This document shows positions 18,724 through 28,911 of a DNA stretch of 64,000 nucleotides, one piece after another. The DNA is taken from assembly GCA_963827655.1 (NCBI GenBank), contig CAWHCF010000026.1:128001-192000 (forward strand), written 5' to 3'. The notes under the pieces are model-generated. The model worked only from the letters and a program-made list of their open reading frames with translations. It was not told the origin of the DNA and did not search any database. Source of the DNA: an uncultured Acidobacteriota bacterium. GTDB taxonomy: Bacteria > Acidobacteriota > UBA6911. Every line of letters begins with the position of its first letter. The first letter of the stretch is position 1. The translations under genes were made by a program, and so were the position numbers.

Positions 18724-19893
18724 ATGCAGTCTATTACTCGATTAACCCTGATGCTCGCCGCCGCGCTGTTCGCAGGTATTTTCGAAGGGTCTTCGGCACA
18801 ATCCGGCCCTCGAGTGACCGTCATTCGAACACCCGAACAGGGCGTTCAGCCCCAGACCGCGGTCGATTCAAAGGGGAGGCTTCATCTGATTTACCTCAGC
18901 GGGGATCCTGCGGCTGCGGATATCTTCTACGTGCGCCGCGATCATGGCGGGGATGATTTTACCCCGCCGCTGCGCGTTAATAGCAAGTCCGGGAGCGCGA
19001 TCGCGATCGGCACCGTTCGCGGCGCTCACATTGCGCTGGGAAAGGGGGATCGGGTCCACGTGTCGTGGATGGGTTCCAAAACGGCAGAACCGAGGGGCCC
19101 GCTTGATTCAACGCCCATGCTGTATGCGCGTCTGAACGACGAGGGTAAGGCCTTCGAACCGCAGCGCAACTTGCTCCAGTTCGCGGCCGGGCTCGATGGA
19201 GGCGGCTCAGTCGCTGCGGACGGTCTGGGCAATGTCTATGTAGCGTGGCACGCTGGGGCGGGGATGCAGGGAGAAGCGAATCGCCGCGTCTGGATAACTC
19301 GATCAAATGATGACGGCAGGACATTCACCCGCGAGGTCGCCGTTAGTGATCAACGGACGGGAGCTTGCGGGTGCTGCGGGATGCGAGCTGCCGCAGACGA
19401 CATGAATCGCGTTTATATGCTCTACCGGGGCGCTGCAGCAGAAATCAACCGAGACATATTCCTCCTGAAGTCAGAAGCGGGCGGGGAGAGCTTTGGTGGA
19501 ACCCGGCTTCACGATTGGAAGATCAATGCCTGCCCTATGAGCACGGCCTCGATAAGCCCCGGCGGCCGGGGCGTGATGCTTGGCTGGGAAACAGAGGGGC
19601 AGGTCTACTATGCGACGTTTGACACGGCCACCGGAAAGGTCGGGCCTGCAGTGTCGCCCCCGGGAGGCACCGGCCGGCGAAAACATCCGGCGGTGGCCGC
19701 CAATGCGCGAGGCGAGACGATTCTGGTTTGGACCGAGGGGACTGGCTGGCAGCGGGGAGGATCGGTGGCATGGCAGCTGTTTGATGGCGCTGGCCGGCCT
19801 GTTGCGGAAAGGGGAGAACTGCCGGGCGTTCCGGTTTGGAGCCTGGCCACTGTCGCGCCTCGCCCCGACGATGGGTTCGTTATCGTGTATTAG
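18724..19893 (+). CDS. Secreted BNR/sialidase-like beta-propeller protein
   Basis: Signal peptide, SNDDGRTF Asp-box, GACGCC and INACP motifs. Confidence 0.7.
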   Translation: MQSITRLTLMLAAALFAGIFEGSSAQSGPRVTVIRTPEQGVQPQTAVDSKGRLHLIYLSGDPAAADIFYVRRDHGGDDFTPPLRVNSKSGSAIAIGTVRGAHIALGKGDRVHVSWMGSKTAEPRGPLDSTPMLYARLNDEGKAFEPQRNLLQFAAGLDGGGSVAADGLGNVYVAWHAGAGMQGEANRRVWITRSNDDGRTFTREVAVSDQRTGACGCCGMRAAADDMNRVYMLYRGAAAEINRDIFLLKSEAGGESFGGTRLHDWKINACPMSTASISPGGRGVMLGWETEGQVYYATFDTATGKVGPAVSPPGGTGRRKHPAVAANARGETILVWTEGTGWQRGGSVAWQLFDGAGRPVAERGELPGVPVWSLATVAPRPDDGFVIVY

Positions 19894-19957
19894 GATCGGA
19901 GCAAGTACGCGTAATCATTCAGATGAATCCTGGTTACCGTTTGCGACCGGCGAACAG

Positions 19958-20005
19958 CGTGTCTTAGTGTTTCTTCGTGTCTTCGTGTCCTAGTGGTATT
20001 TGTTT
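19958..20005 (-). repeat. 9-bp-periodic repeat family copy
   Basis: Reverse complement AAACAAATACCACTAGGACACGAAGACACGAAGAAACACTAAGACACG. Confidence 0.85.
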
Positions 20006-20079
20006 CGTACTTGGGGAGTGCGACAGCCTGCTGCCGCCCGGGATAGACAAAACCGCCAAGCTTTGCTAGATTCCAGGTC

Positions 20080-20754
20080 ATGCGGCTGCCGATCTTGATT
20101 CTCTTGGCCGGCGCGGCGCTATCCCTCGCGCAGACCCAGACAAAAACCTTTCCTCTCGACTCGCTGGACAATCTCAAAGCGCACAAAGTGAAAGCTGAGC
20201 CCACGACCTTCAAGGGTCGCAAGGCTCTTCGCGTTACGGACGCCGTACAGCAAGGTGGCGAAGGAAGTGAAGACAGACTGGTAATTCTCACGGGCGCCGA
20301 GTTCCAGAACGGCGTTATCCAGGTCGACCTCGCCGGTGAGCCTGGCCCCGGCGCCGCCGAGCAGGCGCGGGGATTTGTCGGCGTCGCCTTCCGTCTGATG
20401 CCGGATGCCTCGAAGTTCGAGTGCATCTACCTGCGGCCCACCAATGGCCGTGCCGAGGACCAGGTGCGGCGTAATCATTCCGTGCAGTACTTCTCATTCC
20501 CCGAGTTTCCATGGTTCCGCCTCCGCAAGGAAAACCCCGAGAAGTACGAGACCTATGTCGATCTGGTGCCGGGTGAGTGGACCAGGATGAAAATCGAGGT
20601 CCAGGGCGCCAAGGCGCGCCTCTTCGTCCACGATAATGGACAACCGACCCTGCTGGTCAACGATCTCAAGCACGGCGATGCTAAAGGATCAATCGCTCTC
20701 TGGATTGGCCCCGGGACCGTCGCCCACTTTTCGAACCTGCGGCTCACGCCGTAA
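20080..20754 (+). CDS. Secreted DUF1080-like (ConA-like beta-sandwich) protein
   Basis: Signal peptide; FQNGVIQVD, RGFVGVAFR, YLRPTNGR, IALWIGPGTVAHFSNL. Confidence 0.75.
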   Translation: MRLPILILLAGAALSLAQTQTKTFPLDSLDNLKAHKVKAEPTTFKGRKALRVTDAVQQGGEGSEDRLVILTGAEFQNGVIQVDLAGEPGPGAAEQARGFVGVAFRLMPDASKFECIYLRPTNGRAEDQVRRNHSVQYFSFPEFPWFRLRKENPEKYETYVDLVPGEWTRMKIEVQGAKARLFVHDNGQPTLLVNDLKHGDAKGSIALWIGPGTVAHFSNLRLTP

Positions 20755-20788
20755 GCCTTCGCCAATACGCCCCACCCATCGACAGCTC

Positions 20789-20821
20789 TAACCACAAAGA
20801 CGCGAAGACACGAAGGAACAC
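20789..20821 (+). repeat. 9-bp-periodic repeat family copy
   Basis: TAACCACAAAGACGCGAAGACACGAAGGAACAC. Confidence 0.85.
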
Positions 20822-20886
20822 CTCCGGATGTCAACGCCGACGATGTGTTAACATGCTGTCTTTGCTCGACACTTTCACGACCGAAG

Positions 20887-22437
20887 ATGCCAGAGAAAAA
20901 ACTAAGACTGACACGGAAAGAATTTCGGGAGGGCCTGCCCGGCACCGACCAGGTGTTTTTCGTGCACGGCGATGAAAAGGTGCCGGCGGGGCGGTCAGGG
21001 GTAAACTTGGGGGTCGCCAAAGCCTGTTACCTTGCCTTGCTCGATCCGGGCCTTTTGCAAGAGCTATGCCGTTCGGTTGAGTTTCAGCCCCCTGGATTTC
21101 GCCTCAACAAAATGGATCCAGCGGAATTGTTCAGCCAGTTCGTGCGGCATGTGCAGAGAAGGGGTTACGGAACAGACGTGCTCGTGAGGCTCATCGATGA
21201 CGCGGCTCTCGATATGGCACAGATTGATCCAATGGTGTTCAAGGTAGACATCCTATCACCCCCTCAAGGCGCCTGGGTCACCGAGTCTGACGCAGAATGC
21301 TGGGCCGCCGCGGCATGGTTAAAAGCCCGCCTCGGAAGACTTGACGAAAATACGGGCTCGAGAGTAGCCGAGATCGGCAGCCAGTGGCGCTTCGAAATAC
21401 CTGCATCAACCAGGCCTCCCGACATCGATTCCCGGCCGCCTCAGAACGGCGCGGCCCAGAAGGCCAAGGAGAAGGCGACAGCGTGGAGGGACCGAGCGCT
21501 CAAGGCGGAGAAAGCCCTGGCAAGCCTGCGCAGTTCCCGAGACAGTTTTGAGAGAGAGCTGCGAGACGCGAAAGGGGAGAGCCGCTCGCTTCAGATAGAA
21601 GTTTCGCGGCTTCGAGAGGAATTGGGGCAGCGAGTCTCCTCGCAAAAAAGCGCGGAAGAAAAGCATGCTACGATGGCCGCACAGTTGAAGGAGGGGCGCG
21701 CTACCATCGTTCGCCTCGAAGCGGAACTTCAAGAATTGAGAGCCCGGCGGCAAGCGGACTCTTTCCCTCAATCAAGTCGGCCGCCGGAGTCGCATGATAA
21801 CGAGCTTTTGCAGAAGCTGGAACGGTTGCAGAAATCCCTGGACGGTGTAGCCGCGCGGCTCAATGAGTTCTTGACAGCGCCCACGCAGGGGCCGGTGGCG
21901 GCCAGGCATTCAGAGCGCGTGATGGCATTCATCGATGTGGCTAATCTCGACTGGGGAGCCAGCACCTATTTCCACGGCAGGGTGGATTACGAACTGCTGG
22001 CTCGTTTTCTCACCTCCCGCACTCCGACGGGACGGGCCCGAACCTGTGAGAATGTCGCGTTTATTTGCCTGGACGGACGCTCCAGCACGAGCGCGTTCGC
22101 GCAGACTCTCAAATCGCTGGGGTACCGCGTCGTCTCCCGCATTATGAAAGTCTTCGCCGACGGGAATACCAAGCGCAATGTCGACGTCCAGCTTGCCGTC
22201 TATGCCATGCGGCAGACCGAAAGGCTGGACACCGCAGTTATCGTTTCCGGGGATAGTGATTTTGGCTGTCTGGCCGAATCCTTCGCTTCCTGTGGAAAGC
22301 GGGTGGAGGTTCTATCATTTCCTAATCTGGGAGCGGAGCTGCGGCGCTTCGCCGACGAAGTCGTCATTCTGGACCAGCGGATTCTTCTTCCGGGAGCCCA
22401 GAGAGAGATTCCCTGGGAGAGGCAGGCGCCATCTTAG
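20887..22437 (+). CDS. NYN/LabA-DUF88 PIN-like nuclease with a long N-terminal and coiled-coil extension
   Basis: C-terminal FIDVANL, KRNVDVQL, VIVSGDSDF, GKRVEV, ELRRFADE; central heptad-rich region. Confidence 0.8.
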   Translation: MPEKKLRLTRKEFREGLPGTDQVFFVHGDEKVPAGRSGVNLGVAKACYLALLDPGLLQELCRSVEFQPPGFRLNKMDPAELFSQFVRHVQRRGYGTDVLVRLIDDAALDMAQIDPMVFKVDILSPPQGAWVTESDAECWAAAAWLKARLGRLDENTGSRVAEIGSQWRFEIPASTRPPDIDSRPPQNGAAQKAKEKATAWRDRALKAEKALASLRSSRDSFERELRDAKGESRSLQIEVSRLREELGQRVSSQKSAEEKHATMAAQLKEGRATIVRLEAELQELRARRQADSFPQSSRPPESHDNELLQKLERLQKSLDGVAARLNEFLTAPTQGPVAARHSERVMAFIDVANLDWGASTYFHGRVDYELLARFLTSRTPTGRARTCENVAFICLDGRSSTSAFAQTLKSLGYRVVSRIMKVFADGNTKRNVDVQLAVYAMRQTERLDTAVIVSGDSDFGCLAESFASCGKRVEVLSFPNLGAELRRFADEVVILDQRILLPGAQREIPWERQAPS

Positions 22438-22479
22438 AGGCTTGGCCTGGGCGACATTCTCCGAGAGCGACCTGGGTTA

Positions 22480-22884
22480 TCACAACCATAGAATTCTTAT
22501 CTCTTTTTCCACTTGCTTGAACTCCTTATCCCCGGTTACCAACTCAACGCGGCGTTGTTTTGCCAAGGCAGCAGCGAAGCAATCGGCATAGGACATTTTT
22601 TTACTGGACTTGAAGATGGCGGCCTGTTTGGCCGCCTCCAGATCCGCCGGAACGATATGAACAGGCAGCGTAGAAATCAGATGGGCAACTTCGTCTGCAC
22701 GCTGCTGACTCGTCTCGCGGAGGGTGATGTAGTAGACCTCACCCCAATTCACCACCGAAAGGAGACAAGCTTTCCGGGAGTCTCTCGCCGAGCGGAAGAT
22801 CTCGATCATCGTATCCTTGCCGTCTTCAGCTTCGATATAGGCGATGAGGCTGTAGCTGTCCAAAACCCTGACGGCGGCTCTCAA
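22480..22884 (-). CDS. vapC: VapC-family PIN toxin
   Basis: VLDSYSLIA, VNWGEVYY, MSYADCFAAALA, LVTGDKEF. Confidence 0.9.
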   Translation of the reverse strand: MRAAVRVLDSYSLIAYIEAEDGKDTMIEIFRSARDSRKACLLSVVNWGEVYYITLRETSQQRADEVAHLISTLPVHIVPADLEAAKQAAIFKSSKKMSYADCFAAALAKQRRVELVTGDKEFKQVEKEIRILWL

Positions 22885-23111
22885 AGTTCGCGCTCCCTCG
22901 CCTTTTCCTCCATCAAAGCCTTCAGAAGCTTGCCCTTAGTGCCCGCCATGCCGGCCATATTTCGAATATAGTCGTCGGTGATGGGCCTTATCGCGATTTC
23001 ACCGTCACGCTCATACACATAAACCTGCGTCCCTTTTTTGATGCCGAACTTGCGGCGCAGCCTGGAAGGAATCACGATCTGACCCTTAACCGTTACAACT
23101 GCCCTATCCAT
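22881..23111 (-). CDS. AbrB/MazE/SpoVT-family antitoxin
   Basis: VTVKGQIVIPSRLRRKFGIKKG; overlaps vapC. Confidence 0.9.
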   Translation of the reverse strand: MDRAVVTVKGQIVIPSRLRRKFGIKKGTQVYVYERDGEIAIRPITDDYIRNMAGMAGTKGKLLKALMEEKAREREL

Positions 23112-23338
23112 AAAAAACCCCTTGGGTATCATTTTGGCTTAGGTGTATCAACCTGAATAAAGTAAGTCAATTGATATTTTGTTATACCAGAGGCTCCTTA
23201 GTATCCAGTGGGATCCGGTTGTTACTCCCTGCTTCTTTCCAGACGTTTTTGTGTCACTGGAGTTGGACATTTTCGTGGGGCCACAGCAACTCGAGACGCA
23301 GCAGGCCCGAAGGCCCGGCAGTGAATTTGCCCCCCGAG

Positions 23339-23512
23339 AAGCTGTGAAGAAATTCGGCGAACGGCTCTCGATTGACCGTCAGTCCCAGCCTTAGGGCGCG
23401 GGTCATCTTCAGCCCGGGCCACGTGAAAAGCTGTGAAAAAATTCAGCGAACGGCTCTCGATTGACCGGCAGCCCTTTTGTTTGTGGCGCGGGTCATCATG
23501 AGACCGGGCAAA
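23339..23512 (+). repeat. Two tandem ~89-90-bp units, each containing an IS-end-like motif and a REP-like palindrome
   Basis: AAGCTGTGAA(G/A)AAATTC(G/A)GCGAACGGCTCTCGATTGACC at 23339 and 23428; GGCGCGGGTCATC at 23395 and 23485. Confidence 0.85.
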
Positions 23513-23579
23513 ACTCAGCTCTACCCTGGAATGCGGCTCAGCATGCTCGGAATCAACCGCCGCCACTGCAGGTCATCGC

Positions 23580-23630
23580 CAATCGTCAATCGTCAATCGT
23601 TAATCGGCTTAACCGTCAATAGTTCAATCG
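23580..23630 (+). repeat. Heptamer tandem repeat (AATCGTC)n
   Basis: CAATCGTCAATCGTCAATCGTTAATC..CGTCAATAGTTCAATCG. Confidence 0.7.
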
Positions 23631-23722
23631 TGCCCATCGGGTCATCGCATCGCAATCGAGGCGAGTCTTCCTTGTGTCGCTCAGGACACTTTCCGAAGCG
23701 ACTCATGTGTGCGACGGTGTCA

Positions 23723-23847
23723 ATCAGACCTGTCGCAAGTAACTGTGATCGGGAGGATTTAGCCTTAAAAAGTTCATTTGTGCCACCAGGGGGCCGGACG
23801 GGTGATAGCCCGTTCGCACATAAACCCGGCGACTTTTGCAACTCTTC
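23723..23847 (+). mobile_element. ~125-bp MITE, copy 1
   Basis: Aligns with 63812-63938 (GTCGCAAGTA..GGATTTAGCCTTAAAA..GGGGGCCGGACGGG..GATAGCCCG..TTTTGC). Confidence 0.75.
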
Positions 23848-23891
23848 CAAAAAAATTCCTGGCGTTTTCTTCGCGCAACCCAGCCTGACGT

Positions 23892-24836
23892 CTACCCGGG
23901 TTTGCGGGCGATCGTGGTTGCCATTCCATATTTTCCAGAGAGCTGCTCGACAAGTGGAAAGCCAAAGAGCAGCGGCTTCAACAGGTAATATGGAATCCGG
24001 CTGTTGAACCGTTCCTGCGACCAGTTCAGCAAGCTGTGCTTCAGGCAGTGGAAGTTTACCAGCCGGGAAAAGAACAGATGGCTTTCCACTCTCACGCCTG
24101 AATTCGCCAGGAGCAGGTCCAAGGCTGCGCGTGAGAAATGATGAAGGTGCCGGGGCACATCATCGAAGGCGTACCAGTAGCGGCGGAACATCCGGGCCTG
24201 GAGACTGTCGAACGCCGGCAGCGAAATCAGAACACGGCCGCCGGGGCGCAAGAGATCGTGGGCCCTGGCCAGGACGCGTTCCGGATGGGATACATGTTCC
24301 AGCGCATGCCAGAACGTGACGGCATCGAAAGAACCGGCTTCGAGCTCGGCGCAGAAAATGTCGCCGCTGATCAGAGAAAGACCTGTTATTTTGGAGCGCA
24401 CCAGTTCGACAGCCGCTCGAGCGAGATCGACCCCGGTGCGTTCCCATCGTTCACCGTCCAAAGCCCAGAGAAACCGACCGTCGCCGCAGCCGACGTCCAG
24501 AATCTTTCCACGTGGCAGGTAGCGCTCGAGCAGCCGGACCTTCTCCGTCTCCTTGCGCCAGGAGCGGGTTCGAACCAGTCTCCCGGAACGGAATTCTTCG
24601 ATGGCGCGCGCCGTTTCACCAAGATAATCGGGCGCGTAATACGCCTCGACCTCCCGCTCCGCCAGCTGGGGAGAGGTCCAGCCGAAACCGCAATGCAGAC
24701 AACGCAGAATGTCCCAAAGCCTCTCCTTGCGTCTTTGCACGCGATCGAACACTCTGCAGAAGAGCTCGACTCTCGTACGGTTGCAGATTGGACAGGCATA
24801 CAGCGATGCCTCACACGTACGCGTCAAGGGAATCAC
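23892..24836 (-). CDS. Class I SAM-dependent methyltransferase with N-terminal Zn-finger
   Basis: CPIC..RCLHCG, ILDVGCGDG, FDAVTFWHALEHV, LRPGG, DVPRHLHHF. Confidence 0.9.
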   Translation of the reverse strand: MIPLTRTCEASLYACPICNRTRVELFCRVFDRVQRRKERLWDILRCLHCGFGWTSPQLAEREVEAYYAPDYLGETARAIEEFRSGRLVRTRSWRKETEKVRLLERYLPRGKILDVGCGDGRFLWALDGERWERTGVDLARAAVELVRSKITGLSLISGDIFCAELEAGSFDAVTFWHALEHVSHPERVLARAHDLLRPGGRVLISLPAFDSLQARMFRRYWYAFDDVPRHLHHFSRAALDLLLANSGVRVESHLFFSRLVNFHCLKHSLLNWSQERFNSRIPYYLLKPLLFGFPLVEQLSGKYGMATTIARKPG

Positions 24837-24882
24837 GTTAGCTCAGACCGTTATATCGATCGTCACATGAATTCGGTTGGCG

Positions 24883-25009
24883 TTAGAAGCAAGAAGCCAG
24901 AATATTCGGGTCTCACTCAGCCTTGGGCGAGCCGCGATTTGGAGCAAGACAGGCGTTACTGGATGCTTATGCCCGAGCCATTCCTGCTTCTGACTTCTGA
25001 CTCCTGACT
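24883..25009. repeat. Inverted pair of heptamer-repeat arms (AGTCAGA type)
   Basis: TTAGAAGCAAGAAGCCAGAAT (24883-24903) facing ATTCCTGCTTCTGACTTCTGACTCCTGACT (24980-25009). Confidence 0.75.
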
Positions 25010-25137
25010 TCCAACCACCGAGGCGCGCGAAGCACTCCGGCCGGATTTTGGGTTTTCATTGAAGAGAGCGGCGGATATAATCGCATGCTGGCAAGGTAAA
25101 GTACGCCGCGCACGGCGTTTCGCGATCTACACGGCTG

Positions 25138-27431
25138 TTGCGGCCTGAAAGGATACCTTTGGGTTCCGGCACGCTTCCTGAGAAGAGCGGATCACGCACT
25201 CGTCGATTCGTCCTGGCCACTATCGCCATCCTGTCACTCGCCCTGATTGCTACCCAGATCTTTCTGCATCAGACCTCCGTGGGGAGTCGGAAGTTCGTTG
25301 GAAACACGTTTCTGCTCTGGACCGCCACAGTCCTGGTAATCCTCGCGCTCTTGATCCTCGCTACCGTATTGGTGCGCAATCTGGTGCGGCTCTATTTTGA
25401 CCGCAAAAGCGGGCAGGTCGGCAGCCGCTTCAGAGTCACGATGGTCACGACCTTTGTCGTGCTGTCGCTCTTGCCGGCGGTGCTGCTCTTTTTTCTCGCT
25501 TACGGACTGATCAATTTTTCAATCGATCGCTGGTTCGGCGCGCCGGCAGCCCAGATGGTGGAGAACAGCCGGGATATAGCCGCTCAATACTACGGTGAAT
25601 TACAGCGCGATGCCAGCCACTTTGCCGAAAGGATCGCCGCCTCGGTTTCGATCGAGGATTCGCTGAATCCCGAGTCGCGAACGTTCGCTGAACGAAAAGC
25701 TGGAGAGACTGCGCCAGGAGTACCGGCTCGAGGGCGCGCGGGTCTTTGACAGCGAGGGCGCCGAGGCTGCGCAGGCCGGTGAAAGAGTCTCGACCAAGAG
25801 TCATCAGGCGCAGATAGCCACGCTGATATCCGCTACTCTGCGAGGCAAGCCGGATTTCCAGGTCAAGCGGATCACGCCCCAGGATGCGCTCAGGGAAGTC
25901 GTCTGGGCCACGGCGCCGATTCGGAATGCGCAAGGGAAAATCGTGGGCGCGGTTTTGACCGAATCGCTGATTCCCAGCAGCGTGAATTTCAAAGCCTATT
26001 CGGTGATGGAGGCTTACGGCAAGTACGTTGAGCTTCAGAGAGAAAAGACGGCGCTTCAGTTTCAGTTCATCCTTATGCTGGCTCTCTCGACCTTGCTCAT
26101 CGTCTTTGCGTTTTCGTGGTTCGGCATGTACCTGGCGAAACGGATAACCGGCCCGATCAAGGCGCTGGCCGAAGGGTCTGCGGCCGTGGCGTCCGGCAAC
26201 CTGAACCATCGGGTCGAGTGTGAGGCTTTCGATGAGCTGGGCGACCTGGTCGCCTCCTTCAATCGCATGACGGGCGAGCTTCAGGAGCACAAGGCTCATA
26301 TCGAGATCGCTCAGAACACCCTGCAGGCAGGCCAACGTAGAGCTTGACGATCGCAGACGCTACATCGAAACCATCTTGCAGACCATCTCCACGGGCGTGA
26401 TATCGCTCGACGGCAACTATCGAATTCACACCATGAACAGGGCGGCCGCGCAGATGTTGGAGGTTCAGGGTCCGGTAGCGGACGTGAAGCTCGAACAGGT
26501 AGTGAAGGAACCGGCCGCCGGTACTTTATTCATGCTGCTGCACAAGTCTGCCGTACTTGGAGTGGTCGTCCGCACGATCGAGATCGAGCTTCCCGGGAGA
26601 ACGCTTCATGTCGCGACCACCGTGACCCCTTTGCTTGACAGTTCGGGACAGCGGACGGGTTGGGTCCTGGTGCTGGACGACGTGACGGAGCTTTTGAGAG
26701 TGGAGAAGATGGCTGCCTGGCAGGAGGTTGCGCGGCGCCTGGCTCATGAGATCAAGAACCCCTTGACCCCGATTCAGCTCTCGGCCAGCCGGGTCTTGAG
26801 GCGTTACCGACAGATCATGAGCACGTCCGCGGGCGACAACGGCTCATGGCACAACGAATTTGTCTCGTTCGAAAACCTGCTCGAGGAATGTGTGCAGGTG
26901 ATCAGGCAGGAGGCGAATTCCCTCAAAGACCTCGTGGATGAATTCTCGCGGTTCGCCCGTCTTCCCCAGGTAAAGTTGGAAGAGGCGGATGTGCACCGGA
27001 TACTGGAATCGACTCTGAGTCTTTATAACGGGCGTTTTCACGACGTCCGGCTCACGAAAGAGTTCGGGCCGGATGTGCCTTCGCTGAAGCTTGATCCAGA
27101 ACAGATGAAGCGCGTCTTCATTAATCTCTTTGATAATGCTCTGGAGGCAATGGCGGATAATTCCCATGCCAAGCTCTTGCGGATACGGACGTATCGCAGT
27201 GTCCTGAAGGCCTCGATTCGTATCGAAGTCAGCGACACGGGTCGTGGTTTCCCTCCCGAGTACCGCGACAGTCTTTTTCTCCCTTATTTCTCAACCCGCA
27301 AGGATGGGACCGGCCTGGGGCTGGCCATCGTCCGGCAGATAATTTCCGATCACCACGGCCAGGTCAGCGCCGAAGTCAACACCCCCCTGGGCACGAAGAT
27401 CGTCATCGATTTACCCTTGGCGCCTTCCTAG
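25138..27431 (+). CDS. ntrY: NtrY-like sensor histidine kinase (HAMP-PAS-HisKA-HATPase); two frameshifts near 25680 and 26330
   Basis: GSRFRV..LSLLP, HAMP ITGPIKALAEG, AWQEVARRLAHEIKNPLTPIQL, GTGLGLAIV. Confidence 0.8.
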
Positions 27432-27528
27432 AGAAAGATCAAAATAACGAGACGTTGCGTCTTGCTGTCTTCGTGAAAGAGGCGTGAAACAAATTCACTG
27501 CCGGCACGCGAAGACATCGGGGAATTGT

Positions 27529-28911
27529 ATGACTCGAGCGATGATCCTCGTAGTGGATGATGAGAAGGGCGTGCAAGCTTCGCTCGTGGGAATTCTCGAA
27601 GACGAGGGATTTGACGCGCGCGCAGTTTCTTCGGGCGAAGAGTGTCTGTCCGCGCTCGCCGAAAGATATTTCCCCGTGATCCTTCTCGACGTCTGGCTGC
27701 CCGGAATGGACGGGCTGCAAGTATTGGAACAGATCCGGAGACTTTCTCCCTTGACGAGCGTCATAATGATCTCCGGACATGCATCCATTGAGTCTGCCGT
27801 GCGAGCGACCAAGCTGGGCGCCTTCGATTTCGTCGAAAAACCCTTGTCCCTGGAAAAGACACTCCTGGTGGTGAAGAACGCGCTGCACCAGCGCCACCTG
27901 GAGGAGGAGAACCGCCTCTTACGGGAACAGATCTACGAGCGGTATGTGATGATCGGCGACTCTGTCCCGATGCAGGCTTTGCGCCAGCAGATAGAGTTTG
28001 CCGCCCCGACGAACGGGAGAGTGCTTATTTGCGGCGAAAACGGCACGGGAAAGGAGCTGGTGGCAAATTTGCTGCACATCCGGAGCCAGCGTCGCCAGCG
28101 GCCGTTCATCGCGATGAACTGCGCAGCCATACCGGAGGAGCTGATCGAGAGCGAGCTGTTTGGCCACGTGAAGGGGTCGTTTACGGGCGCATCTGAGGAT
28201 AAGGAGGGGAAGTTCGCCCAGGCTGATTCCGGCACTCTTTTCCTGGATGAAGTGGGCGACATGAGCTCGAGAACCCAATCCAAGGTTCTTCGTGTGCTCG
28301 AGGATCAGTGTTTCACGCCTGTCGGAGGAAACACTCCCCTCAGAGTGGACGTGCGCGTGATCGCCTCGACCAACAAGAATCTCGAGAAGGAAATCGAACT
28401 GGGCAGTTTCCGCGAGGACCTTTACTACCGATTGAATGTCATTCCTTTTCAGCTTCCGTCCTTGAGGGAACGCAAGGAAGATGTCGCGGTACTGACTCAT
28501 TATTTTCTCGGGGACTTCGCCCGGCGATACGGCAGAAAACCACCGGTATTGACGCGTCATGCTCTGGAGGTGCTGGAAGGCTATGCCTGGCCCGGAAATG
28601 TGCGCGAGCTCCGGAATACCATGGAACGATTCATCATCATGTCGCCCAACAACCGGATCGATGCGTTCGACTTGCCGGAACAGATCCTCCGGCGAACGAT
28701 GCTGGCATCGCCCGGACCTGATGACGCCGCTTCTCTTCAGGATGCGCGCGACAGGTTCGAAAGAGAGTTCATTCTCCAGAAGCTGGCCGAATACAAGGGG
28801 AATGTGAGCCGCACGGCTCAGGCTCTCAAGATCGAGCGCAGCAATCTCTATCGCAAAATGAGGCAATTAGGAATCCCGTATTCCGCGACGATTGAACGAG
28901 AGGAAGTATGA
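27529..28911 (+). CDS. ntrX: NtrX/NtrC-like sigma54-type response regulator
   Basis: Receiver, GENGTGKE, ESELFGHVKGSFTGA, WPGNVREL, Fis HTH; follows the ntrY-like gene. Confidence 0.85.
   Translation: MTRAMILVVDDEKGVQASLVGILEDEGFDARAVSSGEECLSALAERYFPVILLDVWLPGMDGLQVLEQIRRLSPLTSVIMISGHASIESAVRATKLGAFDFVEKPLSLEKTLLVVKNALHQRHLEEENRLLREQIYERYVMIGDSVPMQALRQQIEFAAPTNGRVLICGENGTGKELVANLLHIRSQRRQRPFIAMNCAAIPEELIESELFGHVKGSFTGASEDKEGKFAQADSGTLFLDEVGDMSSRTQSKVLRVLEDQCFTPVGGNTPLRVDVRVIASTNKNLEKEIELGSFREDLYYRLNVIPFQLPSLRERKEDVAVLTHYFLGDFARRYGRKPPVLTRHALEVLEGYAWPGNVRELRNTMERFIIMSPNNRIDAFDLPEQILRRTMLASPGPDDAASLQDARDRFEREFILQKLAEYKGNVSRTAQALKIERSNLYRKMRQLGIPYSATIEREEV

Noticed and set aside
23339-23512. 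Mini CRISPR array
   Set aside because: Only two units, the intervening sequences are also similar to each other, and no cas genes are present.
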